NCBI GenBank assembly: GCA_964410185.1
Contig: CAYPFM010000003.1
Location: forward strand, 150,119 to 214,118
Reading direction: 5' to 3'
Length of the DNA stretch: 64,000 bases
Origin: an uncultured Candidatus Saccharibacteria bacterium
Lineage (GTDB): Bacteria > Patescibacteriota > Saccharimonadia > Saccharimonadales > JAUPVS01
The notes beneath the pieces were generated by a model. The model did not search any database and was not told where the DNA came from. It was given only the letters and a program-made list of their open reading frames with translations. Each line of letters begins with the position of its first letter. Position 1 is the stretch's first letter. A program made the translations under genes and the position numbers. This document shows, piece after piece, positions 61,359 through 64,000 of this stretch.

Positions 61359-64000
61359 ATAACGAAGCTAACCAGTTTACCTGGTACGAAGATAGTCTTA
61401 CGGATGGATTTGCCATCCAGGTAGGCTGCGACCTTGCTGTCAGCCTTGGCCGCGCCGACTATGTCCGCTTCGCTGCTGTCGGTCGAGACACTGATTTGCG
61501 AGCGTACTTTGCCATTAATTTGCACCACGATTGTAACCGAATCGGCTACCAAATATTGTTCGTCCCATTCTGGCCATTGGCTGGTGTGGATGCTATCCTG
61601 GTGGCCAAGTTCTTGCCATAACTCTTCGGTCATGTGTGGCGCGTACGGGGCCAGTAGTTGCAATAGAGTTTCGATGCTCACCTTCCAGCTAGCACCAGCC
61701 ACAAAACCATCGGCCGCTTTAATTTTATAGAGTTCGTTCACAAACTCCATTAACGCCGCGATTGAGGTGTTAAAGCCGAAGTCGTGCATATCTTGACTGA
61801 CCTTCTTGATGGCTTTGTGTGTCGCACTGGTCAGTGCCTTGTTTTCGCCAGTGTCGGTGTTTGCCTCCAGATACTCCTGCACCAAAGTCCAAACTCGCTG
61901 CAAGAAGCGGAAGCAGCCGCCCATGCCCTCAACGCTCCAGGCCGCCGACTGGTTCCAGGGACCAATAAATAGTTCCATCAAACGGATGGCATCGGCGCCA
62001 TAGCCTTGCTCAATAATTTCATCGGGCGCGATAACGTTGCCCCAACTTTTGCTCATCTTACGGCCATCGGGGGCAAGAATCATGCCATGGTTACGCAGGG
62101 TCTTAAATGGCTCGTTGAAGTCGATCAGGCCGTCGTCGAACATAACTTTGGTCCACATCCGCGCGTACAGCAGGTGCATAACAGCGTGTTCGGCGCCACC
62201 GATATAGTCATCAACCGGCAGCCAGAACTTTACCTTCTCGGCGTCAAAGGCGGCTTGTTTGTTGTCAGGATCGGCGAAACGCAAGAAGTACCAGCTGGAA
62301 CAGGCGAAGCCGTCCATCGTGTCGGTCTCGCGCCAACCTTCAACCCAGCCATCCTGTGGCTGACCATCCTTGAATGGCTTGGTCTCGCCGGTTTCGGTGT
62401 TGAGCCAGACGTGCACCCAGTCTTCGGCCCGAGCCAACGGGCCCTTGCCGGTGCCATCAGGTTTGAAAGAATCAACTTCGGGTAGCACCACTGGTAACTG
62501 GGCAGCGACAACAGGTACAGCGACTAGTTCTTTGTCATTTTCGACTTTGGTTTGGTCTTGCTTCAGTGCATCGGTAATAAAGTCTGCTTTGGCACCAGCC
62601 ACGGCAGCTTTTTCAACCCAAATAATCGGAATCGGCGCGCCCCAATAGCGCTGACGACTAATCAGCCAGTCACGAATCTTGTAGTTAATCTTTTCCTGGC
62701 CATGTTTTTGCTTCGCCAACTCGGCCACGATTTTTTCGCGGGCTTCACTTGATGGTATGCCATCGTATTTACCAGAATTGGTCATGATTCCTTCGCCAGC
62801 ATAGGCGGTTGACCCGGTCAAAGCTTCTTCAAATTTAAGCTTGGTACCAATGCCGTGAACCTTTTCGACAACCTCGGCCTTGGTGAACCAAACTGGTTTA
62901 TTAATCTTCGCCTCTTCGGGTGCGACTTCGATGGTCTCCAGGTCAGTCAGTTCGGTGTAGGCCGTGTAAAACTTAACACGACGATTAAGCTTTTTATACT
63001 CGTGATAGAACTCGGTGTAATATGGATCACCAACCAGTCGAACGGGGCCGTGGTTGATGTAGCCTGCTTCTTCTTTCAGTTCACGATCAGCCGCTTCTTC
63101 TGGTGTTTCACCTGCCTCTATCCCGCCGGTGACATAGCTATAGGACTTGGTCTCCCAGGCAATCCGATCCAGCAACAAGTACTTGTCTTCGCTAGGGTGC
63201 TTAACAATACAGCCAACGGCATTCCGTTCAACGGTTTTAACACCTGGTCGAGGCGGAATCACCGTATCCTCATATTCAGGCAAAATCACTGACTTAATCG
63301 GCAGCTCGAACTTCTGGGCGAACTCGTAATCGCGCTCGTCGTGGGCCGGGACAGCCATGATGGCGCCAGTGCCGTAGCCGGTGAGCACGTAATCGGCAAT
63401 CCAAACTGGAATCTTTTCGTCGTTAACTGGGTTTACGACGTAGGCACCGGTAAAGACGCCAGTTTTCTCGCGGTCGGTTTCTTGGCGTTCGATGTCGGTC
63501 TTGGCGTGCGTCTGCTCAATATAAGCCTGGACGACGGCTTTTTGCTCAGGCGCAGTAATACTGTCGACCAGTGGGTGTTCGGGAGCCAAAACGACAAAGG
63601 TGGCGCCAAAAAGCGTGTCGGGGCGTGTTGTGTAGACACGCACTTTTTGTTTGGAATCAACGACTGCAAAATCAACTTCGGCACCCTTACTTTTGCCAAT
63701 CCAGTTACGCTGCATCGACTTGATTGAGTCAGACCAATCTAGATCTTCCAGGTCTTCCACCAAACGGTCGGCGTAATCAGTAATCTTAAAGAACCATTGA
63801 GCTAGCGGGATTTTTTCAACTTTGGCGCCGCTGCGGTCGGCGATGCCATTGACCACCTGCTCGTTTGCCAACACGGTTTTATCGACTGGGTCCCAGTTAA
63901 CAATTGATTCCTTGCGATAAGCCAGACCCCTCTTAAATAGAAGCGTAAAGAACCATTGGGTCCAGCGGTAGTAGTCGGGGTCGGACGAATCGATTTCGCG
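61355..64000 (-). CDS. leuS: leucyl-tRNA synthetase (N-terminus beyond the right edge) carrying an inserted Nudix domain
   Basis: The frame stays open to 64000 (..YYRWTQWFF..VNWDPVDKTVLANEQV). TTRPDTLFGATF editing domain, GTGAIMAVPAHD, KMSKS; insertion at about 62825-63262. Confidence 0.9.
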   Translation of the reverse strand, partial: REIDSSDPDYYRWTQWFFTLLFKRGLAYRKESIVNWDPVDKTVLANEQVVNGIADRSGAKVEKIPLAQWFFKITDYADRLVEDLEDLDWSDSIKSMQRNWIGKSKGAEVDFAVVDSKQKVRVYTTRPDTLFGATFVVLAPEHPLVDSITAPEQKAVVQAYIEQTHAKTDIERQETDREKTGVFTGAYVVNPVNDEKIPVWIADYVLTGYGTGAIMAVPAHDERDYEFAQKFELPIKSVILPEYEDTVIPPRPGVKTVERNAVGCIVKHPSEDKYLLLDRIAWETKSYSYVTGGIEAGETPEEAADRELKEEAGYINHGPVRLVGDPYYTEFYHEYKKLNRRVKFYTAYTELTDLETIEVAPEEAKINKPVWFTKAEVVEKVHGIGTKLKFEEALTGSTAYAGEGIMTNSGKYDGIPSSEAREKIVAELAKQKHGQEKINYKIRDWLISRQRYWGAPIPIIWVEKAAVAGAKADFITDALKQDQTKVENDKELVAVPVVAAQLPVVLPEVDSFKPDGTGKGPLARAEDWVHVWLNTETGETKPFKDGQPQDGWVEGWRETDTMDGFACSSWYFLRFADPDNKQAAFDAEKVKFWLPVDDYIGGAEHAVMHLLYARMWTKVMFDDGLIDFNEPFKTLRNHGMILAPDGRKMSKSWGNVIAPDEIIEQGYGADAIRLMELFIGPWNQSAAWSVEGMGGCFRFLQRVWTLVQEYLEANTDTGENKALTSATHKAIKKVSQDMHDFGFNTSIAALMEFVNELYKIKAADGFVAGASWKVSIETLLQLLAPYAPHMTEELWQELGHQDSIHTSQWPEWDEQYLVADSVTIVVQINGKVRSQISVSTDSSEADIVGAAKADSKVAAYLDGKSIRKTIFVPGKLVSFVI

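Noticed and set aside
61434-63727. Numerous 60-160-aa plus-strand ORFs inside leuS (and similar antisense ORFs inside kup, ackA, virB4, the flavoprotein and others)
   Set aside because: All are antisense shadows of long, motif-verified genes, with biased Arg/Ser/Gly-rich translations.
1-64000. CRISPR arrays, rRNA genes and additional tRNAs
   Set aside because: Scanning the intergenic gaps by eye found no regularly spaced short direct repeats, no rRNA-like conserved blocks, and only one GGTTCGAAT-type T-loop with a foldable cloverleaf (52379-52452). A tRNAscan, Infernal or CRISPR-finder run would be needed to be certain.

Overview
The gene content suggests a small-genome, Patescibacteria/CPR-like (possibly Saccharibacteria-like) bacterium. 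This taxonomy is inference only. The evidence is a minimal Gram-positive-type T4SS, long acidic tails on S16 and a KH protein, tightly coupled operons and few biosynthetic genes.

Layout:
- 1-6.2 kb: housekeeping and repair genes (idi, VOC, SDR, AlkA-like glycosylase, ackA, DUF1697).
- 6.2-15.7 kb: one tightly coupled 11-gene minus-strand operon of small-molecule-modifying enzymes. It carries two sulfotransferase-like proteins, an amidinotransferase-fold enzyme, a split PEP-synthase/rifampin-phosphotransferase-like dikinase, a P-loop kinase, a nucleotidyltransferase, a FusB/FBP zinc-finger protein, a HIT protein and a two-Rossmann flavoprotein. A pol-beta-type nucleotidyltransferase lies just upstream.
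- 16.7-19.8 kb: an XRE/membrane pair, then a czcD cassette bracketed by a 73-nt repeat.
- 19.9-22.8 kb: an orphan reverse transcriptase with a ~400-nt structured leader, a small ORF, an XRE regulator and a membrane-anchored Mrr-fold nuclease.
- 22.9-30.4 kb: the T4SS (VirB2-like, VirB2/VirB6 fusion, PrgI-like, split VirB4, CHAP hydrolase, coupling protein).
- 30.4-39.1 kb: about 16 small, mostly acidic orphan ORFs with a shared GCTTGC-TTGCAA promoter motif, tandem paralogues, gene remnants and many apparently leaderless starts.
- 39.8-48.8 kb: envelope and antimicrobial-peptide-type genes (MprF-like, esterase, ABC, DedA, HK/RR, PAP2).
- 49.6-52.3 kb: a replication-relaxation protein and a large serine recombinase next to tRNA-Gln(CUG).
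- 52.5-64 kb: core genes (kup, PAP2, ABC, trmD, KH, rpsP, rnc, nudix, nusB, rpmF, leuS).

No CRISPR array or rRNA was seen. The observations most worth follow-up are the RT plus leader RNA module, the 11-gene operon, a Nudix domain inserted inside LeuS, the promoter-tagged small-ORF island, and a possible ~32-kb ICE bounded by a 13-bp direct repeat. All homology calls rest on motif recognition by eye. No database search was run.
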